From the NCBI GenBank assembly GCA_963666515.2, contig OY762897.2, forward strand, positions 4,599,459 to 4,663,458: a stretch of DNA of 64,000 nt, written 5' to 3'. Within the stretch, counting starts at the first letter, position 1. Every line of letters begins with the position of its first letter. The notes below the pieces were generated by a model. The model saw only the letters and a program-made list of their open reading frames with translations, was not told the origin of the DNA and made no database searches. This document shows positions 38,495-47,914 of the stretch, piece after piece. A program made the position numbers and the translations under genes. Origin of the DNA: Candidatus Binatia bacterium. GTDB taxonomy: Bacteria > Desulfobacterota > Binatia > UBA9968 > JAJDTQ01.

Positions 38495-39502
38495 TCAGGA
38501 CGGCTCGGGTGTAGCTTGGTCAGCGGTCTGGCCGCGAAGCACCGCCATGGCGTCCAGGAAGTAGGCCAGGAACTGGGTCATCATGGACACGGCGTACACG
38601 GCGAGGAAGCCCGCCATCAGGTACTTGACGTAGAGGCCGAACCCGCTCTGCGAGGTCTCGAAATAGAGCAGCGGGCTGTTGATGACCGACGCCTTGCCCG
38701 CCATGCCGACGGCCAGGATGGTCCAGCACAGCGGCACGCCCAGCACCATGGAGCCCCAGGCGTTGACCAGGGCCTTGCGCTTTTCACTGAAATGGGTGAA
38801 CAGCACGTCCACACGGACGTGGCCTTCGGCCACCAGGGTGTGGGCGCTGGCAAACAGGAACAGCGCGGCGTACCAGAAACGGACCAGGTCGCCCATGAAG
38901 GCCTGCTCGTAGGAGAAGATGAAGCGCGCGATGACGATCTGAAATTCGGCCACCACCACCAGCAGCGAGAGCCAGATGAAGTCGAGCCCGCGCTTGAACC
39001 AGGCCACCACCGCCGCGGCCAGGATCAGCGGGATGTGGACGTAGGCGCCGCGGAAGCTCGACACGCCCAGTCGCTGGGCCAGCGTCTCGCCGAAGACCGG
39101 CGGGAGCAGCCCTTCCACGCGCAGGAACGACAGGACTCCGTCGACGATGCCGATGAAGAACGTCGCCCAGAAGGCGGTGGCGATGATGTAGGCGGTGACG
39201 GCGCTGAGCAGCGCGGCGTCCGATGCGAACGGCCGCTCACGGGTCCGCAGCGTGATGACGACGATGCCAGCCACCGCCAGGACGTAGCCGGCGAACTGCA
39301 GCCATGCCTGGACAATAGCGGTTACGTCGAGCGGCGCCGAGCCGAGGATGCTTCCGGCGCCGGGCCAGCCCTGCCAGAAAGTGAGGTAGTTGTTGAGGAG
39401 AAAAACGAACGTCGTCGCGGCCAGCGACAGCGCCAACGCGCGGTAGAGCGCATCCGCCGTGCCGTGCCGTCTCGCGCCCGCATCCAACCGAGCCCCCGTC
39501 AC
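38495..39502 (-). CDS. TRAP transporter small permease (DctQ), extended
   Basis: Multiple TM segments; HTLVAEGHVRVDVLF. Confidence 0.85.
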   Translation of the reverse strand: MTGARLDAGARRHGTADALYRALALSLAATTFVFLLNNYLTFWQGWPGAGSILGSAPLDVTAIVQAWLQFAGYVLAVAGIVVITLRTRERPFASDAALLSAVTAYIIATAFWATFFIGIVDGVLSFLRVEGLLPPVFGETLAQRLGVSSFRGAYVHIPLILAAAVVAWFKRGLDFIWLSLLVVVAEFQIVIARFIFSYEQAFMGDLVRFWYAALFLFASAHTLVAEGHVRVDVLFTHFSEKRKALVNAWGSMVLGVPLCWTILAVGMAGKASVINSPLLYFETSQSGFGLYVKYLMAGFLAVYAVSMMTQFLAYFLDAMAVLRGQTADQATPEPS

Positions 39503-39575
39503 CGTGGGAAACCGTAGCGGCCTGCAGGATGACGGGTCGGCGTCTGGCGCGACGCCGGCCCGTAGTCCCGGATGT

Positions 39576-40691
39576 TTAGCTGGACACGCCCAGCACGCGG
39601 TTGCGCTGTGCCACGTAGGCCTGGTCGGAGAGGTTCGACCAGCCGCCGATCTCCCGGCGCGCCTTGTCGAAGCTCTCGTGAATCCGCCGGGCGAGCTTGC
39701 TGTGGGTCACCACTCCGGCGAAGACCTCCTCGGCCGCCTTGCCGAACGAGTCGTAGATGTCGTCGTTGAACTTGCGCACCTGGACGCCCTGGTCGCGCGT
39801 CAGCCGGGCCAGCGCCGCGCCGTTCTTGGCGTTGTACTCGGCCATCATCACGTCGTTCTCCGTGGCGGCCGCGGCATCGAGCAGCGCCTGATCCGACTTC
39901 GACAATGAGTCCCAGAACTTCTTGTTGAAGCCTGCCGACAGCATCGAGCCGGGCTCGTGCATGCCCGGATAGTAGTAGTACTTGGCCGCCTCGTAGAACT
40001 TCATGACCTCGTCGTTCCACGGCCCCACCCACTCGGTGGCGTCGATGGCGCCCGAGACGAGGTTCTCGTAGATCTGCCCGCCCGGCAGGGACACCGGCGA
40101 GGCGCCGAGCTTGGCCATGACGTCGCCGCCCAGGCCCGGGATACGCATCTTGAGGCCCTTGAGGTCGTCGGCGCTGTTGATCTCCTTGCGGAACCAGCCG
40201 CCCATCTGGACGCCCGTGTTGCCGCACATGAGACCCTTGAGACCGAACTCGCCGGCCAGCTCGTCCCACAGCTCCTGTCCGCCCCCGAAACGCATCCAGC
40301 CGTTCATCTCGGTGTAGGTGAGGCCGAAAGGCACCGACGTGACGTAGGCCCAGCCGGGATGCTTGCCCTTCCAGTAGTAGTCCGCGGCGTGATAGGCCTG
40401 CGCGTTGCCCGAAGCCACCTCGTCGAACGAGTCGAAGGCGCCGACGCGCTCGCCCGCGGCGAAATAGCTCACCTGGATGCGGCCGTCGCTCATGTCCTGG
40501 ATGCGCTTGGCAAAGCGCTGAGCGCCGGTGCCGAGACCGGGGAAGTCGCGCGGCCACGTGGTGACGATGGCGATCTCGACGCGGTCCTTCATGGCCGCGG
40601 GAGCCTTCTGCGCCTGGACCAGTTTGCCGCTCGACAAGACCGTGGCGGCCGTGCCCACCGCGGCGCCGGTGATGAAGTCACGACGTTTCAT
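39576..40691 (-). CDS. TRAP substrate-binding protein (DctP, TakP-like), Tat signal
   Basis: MKRRDFI, YYWKGK, GNTGVQMGGWF, LKMRIPGLGG, DATEWVGP, YYPGMHEPG. Confidence 0.92.
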   Translation of the reverse strand: MKRRDFITGAAVGTAATVLSSGKLVQAQKAPAAMKDRVEIAIVTTWPRDFPGLGTGAQRFAKRIQDMSDGRIQVSYFAAGERVGAFDSFDEVASGNAQAYHAADYYWKGKHPGWAYVTSVPFGLTYTEMNGWMRFGGGQELWDELAGEFGLKGLMCGNTGVQMGGWFRKEINSADDLKGLKMRIPGLGGDVMAKLGASPVSLPGGQIYENLVSGAIDATEWVGPWNDEVMKFYEAAKYYYYPGMHEPGSMLSAGFNKKFWDSLSKSDQALLDAAAATENDVMMAEYNAKNGAALARLTRDQGVQVRKFNDDIYDSFGKAAEEVFAGVVTHSKLARRIHESFDKARREIGGWSNLSDQAYVAQRNRVLGVSS

Positions 40692-40804
40692 GAGGGTCCT
40701 CCTTGTTATGGGTTTCTCCAACCGCCGATACTACGACAAGGCGGTTTCCGGCGCAATGGAAATCTCAAGAGCGCGCAACTTGAATCGGTTGAGAATGCCT
40801 GGCT

Positions 40805-41989
40805 TCAGTTGCGTTCGCGGACGCTGGTCACGAGCAGGCCGAACGTGGCGAACGCGAGCCCTGAGCCCAGCAGCATGGCCAGGGTCATGTTGTCCAGCCA
40901 CGTGATCAGCAGTCCCATGGCCACCGGAGTGGTCTGGGCCGCCACGTAGTGCATGGACATGATGAGGCCGCTCGCCTCGCCCACCCGGCCTTTGGCCGCG
41001 GAGTCCTGCGCCAGCGCCACCACCAGCGAGGGCACCGGCGACTTGGCCAGCCCCAGGAGACAGATGCCCGCGGCCAGCGCCAGCGGATGGACCAGCCAGC
41101 CGTAGACGGCCAGCACCACCAGCACGCCGGGAAAAGCGCCCATGAGGATGATGCGCTTCCGTCCCAGGCGGTCGGACAGTATTCCCAGCACCAGGGCGCC
41201 GAGGATGGGAGTGGCGCCCCAGGCCGCCATGACCAAGCCCGCCTCGTCGAGCGTCAGTTCCACGGCCTCGCGCAGAAACGTCGGGGTCCAGGAAGAGGTG
41301 ATCCAGAACACCGCGCCGCCGAAGAACTGCGCCACGGCCAGAAGGATCATGTTCCGGTTCATCATCCGCGGCTTTCCGGTGCTTGCCGCGCGAGGCGCGG
41401 CTTGCGGCCGGACCGGTTCCCTGACCCGCAGCCACTGGATCAATGCGATGGTGGCGGCAATGCACCCCACGGTGGCGGTGGCCCCGCGCCAGCCGAAACG
41501 CTGGATGATGGCCGCGGCCACGATGGGGCCGCTGACGCTGCCCAGGCCGTAGGTGGCGGAGAGCATGCCCATGCCCAGTCCCCGCCGCGACGGCAGGAGG
41601 TCCGACACCAGGGACAGGACCGCGGCGGTGATGGCGCCGTATCCCAGGCCGGCCAGAGCCAGCAAGGCCACCGCGGCCCAGTAGCTCTGGATGGTGGACA
41701 CCAAGCCGAAGCCGGCGCCCAGGGCGAAACCGCCGAAGACCAGGACCCTGCGCCGGCCGAGACTGTCGGAAAGGCGACCGGCCGACCAGCTCGCGCACGC
41801 CGCGACCACGAAGATGGCGGTAAAGAGGGTGCCCGCCCAGACCTCGGAGAGATCCAGGCTTGCCCGGATCTCCGGCAGGCCGATTCCCAGAACCGCGACC
41901 ACCATGGCCGGGCCCACCGCGGAGAGGGCCGCGGCCAAAACGGACCCCCAGTCGGTGCGGGTGGACTCGGGAGTCGCGGTAGCCGGCAC
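40805..41989 (-). CDS. MFS transporter
   Basis: GRLSDSLGRR and GILSDRLGRK motif A; about 12 hydrophobic segments. Confidence 0.88.
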   Translation of the reverse strand: MPATATPESTRTDWGSVLAAALSAVGPAMVVAVLGIGLPEIRASLDLSEVWAGTLFTAIFVVAACASWSAGRLSDSLGRRRVLVFGGFALGAGFGLVSTIQSYWAAVALLALAGLGYGAITAAVLSLVSDLLPSRRGLGMGMLSATYGLGSVSGPIVAAAIIQRFGWRGATATVGCIAATIALIQWLRVREPVRPQAAPRAASTGKPRMMNRNMILLAVAQFFGGAVFWITSSWTPTFLREAVELTLDEAGLVMAAWGATPILGALVLGILSDRLGRKRIILMGAFPGVLVVLAVYGWLVHPLALAAGICLLGLAKSPVPSLVVALAQDSAAKGRVGEASGLIMSMHYVAAQTTPVAMGLLITWLDNMTLAMLLGSGLAFATFGLLVTSVRERN

Positions 41990-42062
41990 GGTTCAGCGGT
42001 CCCGGGGTGAAAAAGGGTACGGCCCCGCGGGCGGGGCCGTACGGTGGGTGTGGATGGTCAAG

Positions 42063-43040
42063 CTACGCGCCGAGGGCGATCTCGTTGATGCACGGCAGCC
42101 CGCTGGCTATCGTGCGGCAGCTCGATTCCTCGACGATCATGATGTCGCCTTCGGAGGTGGCGGCGATGATGCCGGGGCCGTCGGGGTCGGGCACCGTGTC
42201 CATGATGCCGCCGGGGAGGTCTTCGGCCAGGGTCCTCCAATCGGAGGCCCCGTGTTCGCTACGCAGGATGGCCGCGCTGGCCCGCACCTTGCGCACCCAG
42301 GTGTTGGGCCGGCCCAGCGTGACTCCGAGGTACAGGCTGCCGTCGTCGGTCTCGGTGACGGTGGTGCCGTAGGTGCGGACATCGGACGGGGTGATCTCCT
42401 CCCAGTGGGCGGCGCGGTCGCGGCTTCGGAATATCCCCTCGCCGCAGGCCGCCACCACCAGCTCGGGCTCGTGCTTGCAGTGGTGAAGCTGATGGATGTC
42501 ACGGTCCCACAACCCTTCGTTGGCCGTGCGCCAGTCCTCGCCGCTGTCGTCGCTCACGAGCAGCCCGCCCACCTCGATGCCGGCGTAGAGCCGCGAAGGC
42601 GAGGAAGGATCGGTGGTGAGATACCGGGTCCGGGGCGCCTGGGCCGGGTTCGGCGGAAACACTCCGCAGGCGCCGCCCTCGCGCACGCCCGGCAGCTCCT
42701 GCCACCCCTTTCCGGGCGCCCCGTGGAAGAGCGCCGCCGGCCGAGTGCCGACGAACAGGGAGCCGGGAAGGGCCCACAGCGAGAAAATGTCGAGATGGGG
42801 TACGTTGGGGCTGGACCGCGTCCAGGACTCGCCGCCGTCGTGGGTGTAGAACAGCCCCGAGTGCTCGGTCCCCCCGTACACGGTCAGCGGGTCCTCCGGA
42901 TCGACCGCGATGCAGCTCAGGTTCCAGAACGTCAGGTCCCGCTCCACCTGTTCCCAGGAACCACCGTTCTTCTCGAAGCGGTACCACCCGGAATGGGTCA
43001 TGACGTGAAGCGCCTTCGTGTGACCGTTCGTGTCGCTCAT
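42063..43040 (-). CDS. BNR/Asp-box beta-propeller protein
   Basis: Repeats THDGGESW, SDDSGEDW, SRDRAAHW, SEHGASDW. Confidence 0.8.
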   Translation of the reverse strand: MSDTNGHTKALHVMTHSGWYRFEKNGGSWEQVERDLTFWNLSCIAVDPEDPLTVYGGTEHSGLFYTHDGGESWTRSSPNVPHLDIFSLWALPGSLFVGTRPAALFHGAPGKGWQELPGVREGGACGVFPPNPAQAPRTRYLTTDPSSPSRLYAGIEVGGLLVSDDSGEDWRTANEGLWDRDIHQLHHCKHEPELVVAACGEGIFRSRDRAAHWEEITPSDVRTYGTTVTETDDGSLYLGVTLGRPNTWVRKVRASAAILRSEHGASDWRTLAEDLPGGIMDTVPDPDGPGIIAATSEGDIMIVEESSCRTIASGLPCINEIALGA

Positions 43041-43151
43041 GGGGGTCTCCTCCCGCGGGGTTGAGTGCGGAGTGGACAAAAGTATGTGCACTGGAAACTA
43101 GCCGACCACTATCAGCCTTGTAGCCGGAGTGTCAAGCCGGCTCCCGGCCGT

Positions 43152-43904
43152 TCACGCGTCGGCCAGCAGCGGGTTGAGCTTGCGGAAGAACTCGCCGATC
43201 TCTCCCTGGTAGCTGTAGTCCGCCAGGGATTCGATGTGGGTGGCTTCGCGGTTGACGATGGCCAGAAGGGTGCCGGCCTGCTTGGCGATGACCGGGAAGG
43301 ACGCGGCGGGCTGTACCACCAGCGACGAGCCTACCACGATGAAGACATCCGCGGCCTCGCTCCAGACCTGGGCCTGTTGCATGGCGGCCTGCGGCATGGG
43401 CTGGCCGAAGGAGATGGTGCCGGTCTTGAGCAGGCCGTCGCACGCGTCGCAACGGGGCGAGGAGAACTCCTCGCCCAGGCTCGCCAAGACCTCGTCCGGA
43501 TCGAATTCCTTGCGACAACTCAGGCACACGACGGTGCGGTCCGAGCCGTGGAGTTCCACGATCTTGTCGTCCGAGACCCCGCCCCGGCTGTGCAGGCCGT
43601 CTATGTTTTGAGTGATGAGCCCCAGCAGCTTGCCGCGCTTCTCGAAGTCGCTGATGGAGGTATGGCCGATGTTGGGCTTGACCTCCTTGTAGAGGTTGTA
43701 GCTTTCTTTTTTCCGTTGCCACGCCTGGACGCGGGCCTCCTCGCTGTTGACGAACTCGTCGAAGTAGACGGGCCTCATGCGGGTCCACTTGCCGCCTGGG
43801 CTTCTGAAGTCCGGGATACCCGATTCCGTGCTGATGCCCGCGCCCGTAAAGAAGACGATGTCGTTGGCGCGCCGGAGTCTTGCAGCGAAGTCGTCGAGAT
43901 TCAT
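43152..43904 (-). CDS. Sir2 family NAD-dependent protein deacylase (CobB-type)
   Basis: TGAGISTESGIPDFR, TQNIDGLH, ELHG, CxxC..CxxC, GSSLVVQPAA. Confidence 0.92.
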   Translation of the reverse strand: MNLDDFAARLRRANDIVFFTGAGISTESGIPDFRSPGGKWTRMRPVYFDEFVNSEEARVQAWQRKKESYNLYKEVKPNIGHTSISDFEKRGKLLGLITQNIDGLHSRGGVSDDKIVELHGSDRTVVCLSCRKEFDPDEVLASLGEEFSSPRCDACDGLLKTGTISFGQPMPQAAMQQAQVWSEAADVFIVVGSSLVVQPAASFPVIAKQAGTLLAIVNREATHIESLADYSYQGEIGEFFRKLNPLLADA

Positions 43905-44074
43905 AGATCGCGTTCCGCCTCGGCCGAGAACTCAAGACGGTACGCCATGGCCCGGCGCTTCTCCGAGATCATTTCCGCCAACCGGCCGTCCATCCGTTCC
44001 GCACTTACAAAAGCGCCGTCGCGACGGCGGGTGAGAATTTCCCGCAACGTTGCAAGCTCCGACTCTTCCGCCAT
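43901..44074 (-). pseudogene. Fused remnant of a ParD-like antitoxin C-terminus and ParE toxin N-terminus
   Basis: MAEESELATLREILTRRRDGAFVSAERMDGRLAEMISEKRRA joined to MAYRLEFSAEAERDL*; ATGA overlap with the sirtuin gene. Confidence 0.6.
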
Positions 44075-44094
44075 GTGAGGTCCCCTTTACGCGA

Positions 44095-44123
44095 AAGGTG
44101 CCACTCGGTAGCACCATTGTCAA
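44095..44123 (-). promoter_or_regulatory. Sigma70 promoter with overlapping palindromic operator
   Basis: Minus-strand TTGACA-17 bp-CACCTT; palindrome ggtgccac-tcg-gtagcacc at 44097-44115. Confidence 0.55.
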
Positions 44124-44259
44124 TGGCGACAACGGCACATTGACTCGGTCCATTCGGGGCGATATGGCATAGTTGCAGGGGAACTTGGGCTCCTCATTGT
44201 TGTGCAGTCGAGGATCAACCGGCAACAGCGGAAGACGCACCATATCACCGAGGTAACCA

Positions 44260-46539
44260 ATGGCGACAGACAGGATCGTGGGCGTTCCCACCCCCCGGGT
44301 CGAGGGGGAGGGCAAGGTGACGGGCGAGGCCGTGTACGCGGTGGACGTGACCCTGCCGGACATGCTGTGGGGCAAGGTGCTGCGGAGCCCGATTCCGTAC
44401 GGGAAGATCAGGCGCATCGACACGAGCAAGGCGGAGCAGGCGCCGGGGGTCCGGGCCGTGGTCACGGGCGCTGACGTGGCCGGGCTGAAGATCGGCCGGC
44501 GGCTTTGCGACATGTCCATCCTGGCGGAGGACGTGGTGCGCTTCGTGGGCGAGAAGGTGGCCGCGGTGGCGGCCGACAGCGAGGAGGCGGCGGAGCGTGC
44601 TGCGGAACTCATCGAGGTGGAGTACGAGGACCTCGATCCGGTGCTGGACCCGCTGGAGGCGGTGAAGCCCTCGGCTCCCTTGATCCATCCCGACGTGATG
44701 AACTACGACGGCCTCATGGCCCCGCTGGATTCGCCCACCAACACCTTCGTGTACCTGACGTGGGGCAAGGGGGACATCGACAAGGGTTTCGCCGAGGCCG
44801 ACGTCATCGTGGAGAACACGTTCTACACCCAGCCGGTGCACCAGGGCTACATCGAGCCCCACTCCTGCGTGGCGAGCGTAAAGGAGTCGGGAGAGGCGGA
44901 GATCTGGTCCTGCAGCAAGACCCCGTTTGCCTTGCGCCAGCAACTCGCCAAGGCGCTCCGGGTGCCGTTCGAGAGCCTGATGGTGCATCCCTGCTATATC
45001 GGCGGCGACTTCGGCGGCAAGGGCGACTTCATGGACGTGGCGGTGGCCTACGTGCTGTCGCGCAAGAGCGGGCGTCCGGTGAAGATGGTGATGGACTACG
45101 ACGAGGAGCTGATGGCCGGGAACCCGCGCCACGCCTGCACCATCAAGGTGCGCACCGGCGTCAAGCGCGACGGCCGCATCATGGCGCACCACCTCGACTT
45201 CATCTTCGACAGCGGCGCCTACGGCGCCTTCAAGCCCATCGGCTTTCTCTTCGGCGCCCAGGAGGCCGGAGGCGCCTACAACATGCCGCACCACCTGAGC
45301 GAGGAGCGGGTGGTGTACACCAACAAGATCCCGTGCGGGCACATGCGCGCGCCCGGCGACCCGCAGGGCTTCTTCGCCACCGAGAGCCAGATGGACGCGG
45401 TGGCGAAGGAGCTGGGCATGGACCCAGTGGAGTTCCGCAAGATCAACCTGATGCACGACGGCGACGAGTCGCCCACCGGCCACGTGCTGCACCACATCAA
45501 GGCCGAGGAGACCCTGGACATGGCCATCGCCGAGTCCGGCTACCGGACGGCCAAGGGCGCCAACACCGGGCGCGGCGTGGCCGTGGCCCAGTGGCTGCCG
45601 CTGGGGGGCGAGTGCTACGCCTTCGTGACCATCGACACCGACGGGACCATCACGGTCTCGTGCGCGGCCATGGACCAGGGCAGCGGCACCTACACGGTGC
45701 TCCGGCAACTGGTGGCGCAGGAACTCCAGGTGTCGCTGGAAGCCGTCAACCTCGAGACCCTGGATTCTACCCAGGTGGAGAAGGACCAGGGCCTGGGCGG
45801 CAGCCGCGGCACCCGCATCTACGGCAACGCCGCCTATGAGGCCGTGACGGCGCTGAAGGAGGAGCTTCTGAGCATCGCGGCCGAGGCCATGGGCACGGAG
45901 GTAGACAAGGTCGCGGTGGCCGAGGGCGGGGTGACGCAACTCGACGCGGAACGGCGCATGACCTTCGCGGAGCTGGCCCAAGCCAAGGGGTCGGCCATCA
46001 AGGGAGAGGGCCACTACAACAACACCACCATGGGCCCGGAAGCCTCCATGTGCGCCGAGGTGGCGGAGGTGGAGGTGGACCCCGAGACCGGCCAAGTGGA
46101 GCTTCGCAAGGTGACCGCGGCCCTGAACACCGGCACCATCATCAACCCGCTGATGCACCAGGGCCAGATCGACGGCGCCATCGTCATGGGGGTGGGCTAC
46201 GCCCTCATGGAGGACGTGCAGTTCGACGACGGCAAGGTCACCACGGCCAACCTCGGCGACTACAAGATACCCACCATCCGCGACCTGCCCGAGCTGCGCA
46301 CGGCGCTGATCCAGTCCGACACCGGTAGCGGCCCCTACAACAGCATGAGCATCGGCGAGACCCCCATCATCCCGTTCGCCGCGGCGGTGGCCAACGCCGT
46401 GGCCGACGCCACCGGCGCGCGCGTGCATTCGCTGCCCATCACCGCGGAGAAAGTGCTGTCGCGGATGTCGGAGCCAGCCGCGCCGGCCGCCGGAACCGCC
46501 CGCCAGGGTCTGGACAGCGTCCTGCCGCCTCGGAACTAG
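44260..46539 (+). CDS. Xanthine dehydrogenase family molybdopterin-binding (large) subunit
   Basis: KVTGEAVYAVD, GGDFGGK, HMRAPG, DQGSG, GQIDGAIVMG, DYKIPT, IGE. Confidence 0.92.
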   Translation: MATDRIVGVPTPRVEGEGKVTGEAVYAVDVTLPDMLWGKVLRSPIPYGKIRRIDTSKAEQAPGVRAVVTGADVAGLKIGRRLCDMSILAEDVVRFVGEKVAAVAADSEEAAERAAELIEVEYEDLDPVLDPLEAVKPSAPLIHPDVMNYDGLMAPLDSPTNTFVYLTWGKGDIDKGFAEADVIVENTFYTQPVHQGYIEPHSCVASVKESGEAEIWSCSKTPFALRQQLAKALRVPFESLMVHPCYIGGDFGGKGDFMDVAVAYVLSRKSGRPVKMVMDYDEELMAGNPRHACTIKVRTGVKRDGRIMAHHLDFIFDSGAYGAFKPIGFLFGAQEAGGAYNMPHHLSEERVVYTNKIPCGHMRAPGDPQGFFATESQMDAVAKELGMDPVEFRKINLMHDGDESPTGHVLHHIKAEETLDMAIAESGYRTAKGANTGRGVAVAQWLPLGGECYAFVTIDTDGTITVSCAAMDQGSGTYTVLRQLVAQELQVSLEAVNLETLDSTQVEKDQGLGGSRGTRIYGNAAYEAVTALKEELLSIAAEAMGTEVDKVAVAEGGVTQLDAERRMTFAELAQAKGSAIKGEGHYNNTTMGPEASMCAEVAEVEVDPETGQVELRKVTAALNTGTIINPLMHQGQIDGAIVMGVGYALMEDVQFDDGKVTTANLGDYKIPTIRDLPELRTALIQSDTGSGPYNSMSIGETPIIPFAAAVANAVADATGARVHSLPITAEKVLSRMSEPAAPAAGTARQGLDSVLPPRN

Positions 46540-46569
46540 CGCCCTGTCCGCAAGCTCGAAACGCCGGTC

Positions 46570-47835
46570 ATGAGGCAGGGCACCAGGTTCACGTCCCGGG
46601 GCGCCAGGTTCGTGTCCACCTTTGGGGTCGCGTTCGCCGGCTCCTTCGCGCACGCCGTCAGTACCGGCCTGGCCTACTTCGGCCTGAGCGCCTACTTCCC
46701 GTCCTTCGAGCGGGAGTTCGGCTGGAGCCGCGGCGCCATCTCGGGCGCGTTCGCCATGGCCCGCGTGGAGTCCGGCCTGCTGGGACCGGCCGAAGGGTAC
46801 ATGACCAACCGGCTCGGTCCCAAGCGGGTCATGTACCTGGGCACCGTGATCTGCGCCCTGGGCTTCCTCGGCATGAGCCTGGTGAACACCCTGCCGATGC
46901 TCTACGTCACCATCGTCGTGGGCATCGTGCTGGGTTCCAGCGTCGGGTTCTACATTCCCGTCAGCGTGGTGGTGGCGACGTTGTATCGCGCCCGCCGGAG
47001 CCTTGCCTTCGGCATCTTCCGCATGGGGCCGGGCCTCTCCGGTTTGATGGTGCCGGTGGTGGGCTTCATGATCGTGTGGTGGGGCTGGCGCGCGGCGTCC
47101 GTGGCGTCGGCGGTGATCATCGTCGTCATGGGCTTTCCCCTGGCCCGGGCCATCGGCAACGCCTACGAACGGGACGCCGGTGTGACGGAACCGGCGTCAG
47201 ACACGCCGGGAGGCGGCGCTGCCGCCAAGGCCCCACCGCCGGAGGTCTCGCTGACGCTCAAGGAGACGCTGCGCACGCGGTCGTTCTGGCTCCTCGCCGC
47301 GGTCATGGGGCTGCGGCAGATGGTGACGGAGGGTATCTCGGTTCACCTCGTGATCCTTCTCACGGACAGGGGCTGGCGGCAGGAAGTGGCGGCCTCGCTG
47401 CTCGGAACCTCCGCCCTCATCGGCGTCCCCGCGCGCCTGGCCTTCGGCTGGATGGGGGATTTCATCGACAAGCGCCGGTTGATGATCGGCCTCCTCGGCT
47501 CCCTCAGCGCCTCGGTCCTGGTCATGGCGCTCACCGACTCCTCCGCGTGGTTCATGACGGCGCTGGTGGTCTACTCGCTGTGCTACGGCGGCCTCGCCTC
47601 GCTCCAGGAGCCCATCCGCGCCGACTACTTCGGCATCCGTCACTTCGCCAGCATCCAGGGCTACAGCCGCCTGTTCGTCACCGCCGGCAGCGTCATGGGC
47701 TCCATCGGCGCCGGCGTCCTCCACGACCTCACCCAAAGCTACACCGTGGCGCTGATGATCTTCGCCGGCTCCGCCTTCACCTCCACGGTGCTGATGTTCT
47801 GGACGCGGCCGCCGGCGCGGCCTGCTTCTGATTGA
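46570..47835 (+). CDS. MFS transporter (OFA-like)
   Basis: EREFGWSRGAISGA, LRTRSFW, GWMGDFIDKR, ADYFG. Confidence 0.88.
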   Translation: MRQGTRFTSRGARFVSTFGVAFAGSFAHAVSTGLAYFGLSAYFPSFEREFGWSRGAISGAFAMARVESGLLGPAEGYMTNRLGPKRVMYLGTVICALGFLGMSLVNTLPMLYVTIVVGIVLGSSVGFYIPVSVVVATLYRARRSLAFGIFRMGPGLSGLMVPVVGFMIVWWGWRAASVASAVIIVVMGFPLARAIGNAYERDAGVTEPASDTPGGGAAAKAPPPEVSLTLKETLRTRSFWLLAAVMGLRQMVTEGISVHLVILLTDRGWRQEVAASLLGTSALIGVPARLAFGWMGDFIDKRRLMIGLLGSLSASVLVMALTDSSAWFMTALVVYSLCYGGLASLQEPIRADYFGIRHFASIQGYSRLFVTAGSVMGSIGAGVLHDLTQSYTVALMIFAGSAFTSTVLMFWTRPPARPASD

Positions 47836-47914
47836 GCATTCGTCCGAATTTGGAGAGTTCCCCTGGTCGTGGTAACCTGGCTGGGGGAATATAAAGGTAG
47901 ATAAGGGAGTATCA

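Noticed and set aside
43152-43904. Sir2 protein as an anti-phage NADase (Thoeris/DSR/Sir2-HerA)
   Set aside because: At 250 aa with a zinc ribbon and TQNIDGLH it is a housekeeping deacylase type, and has no defence partner gene.
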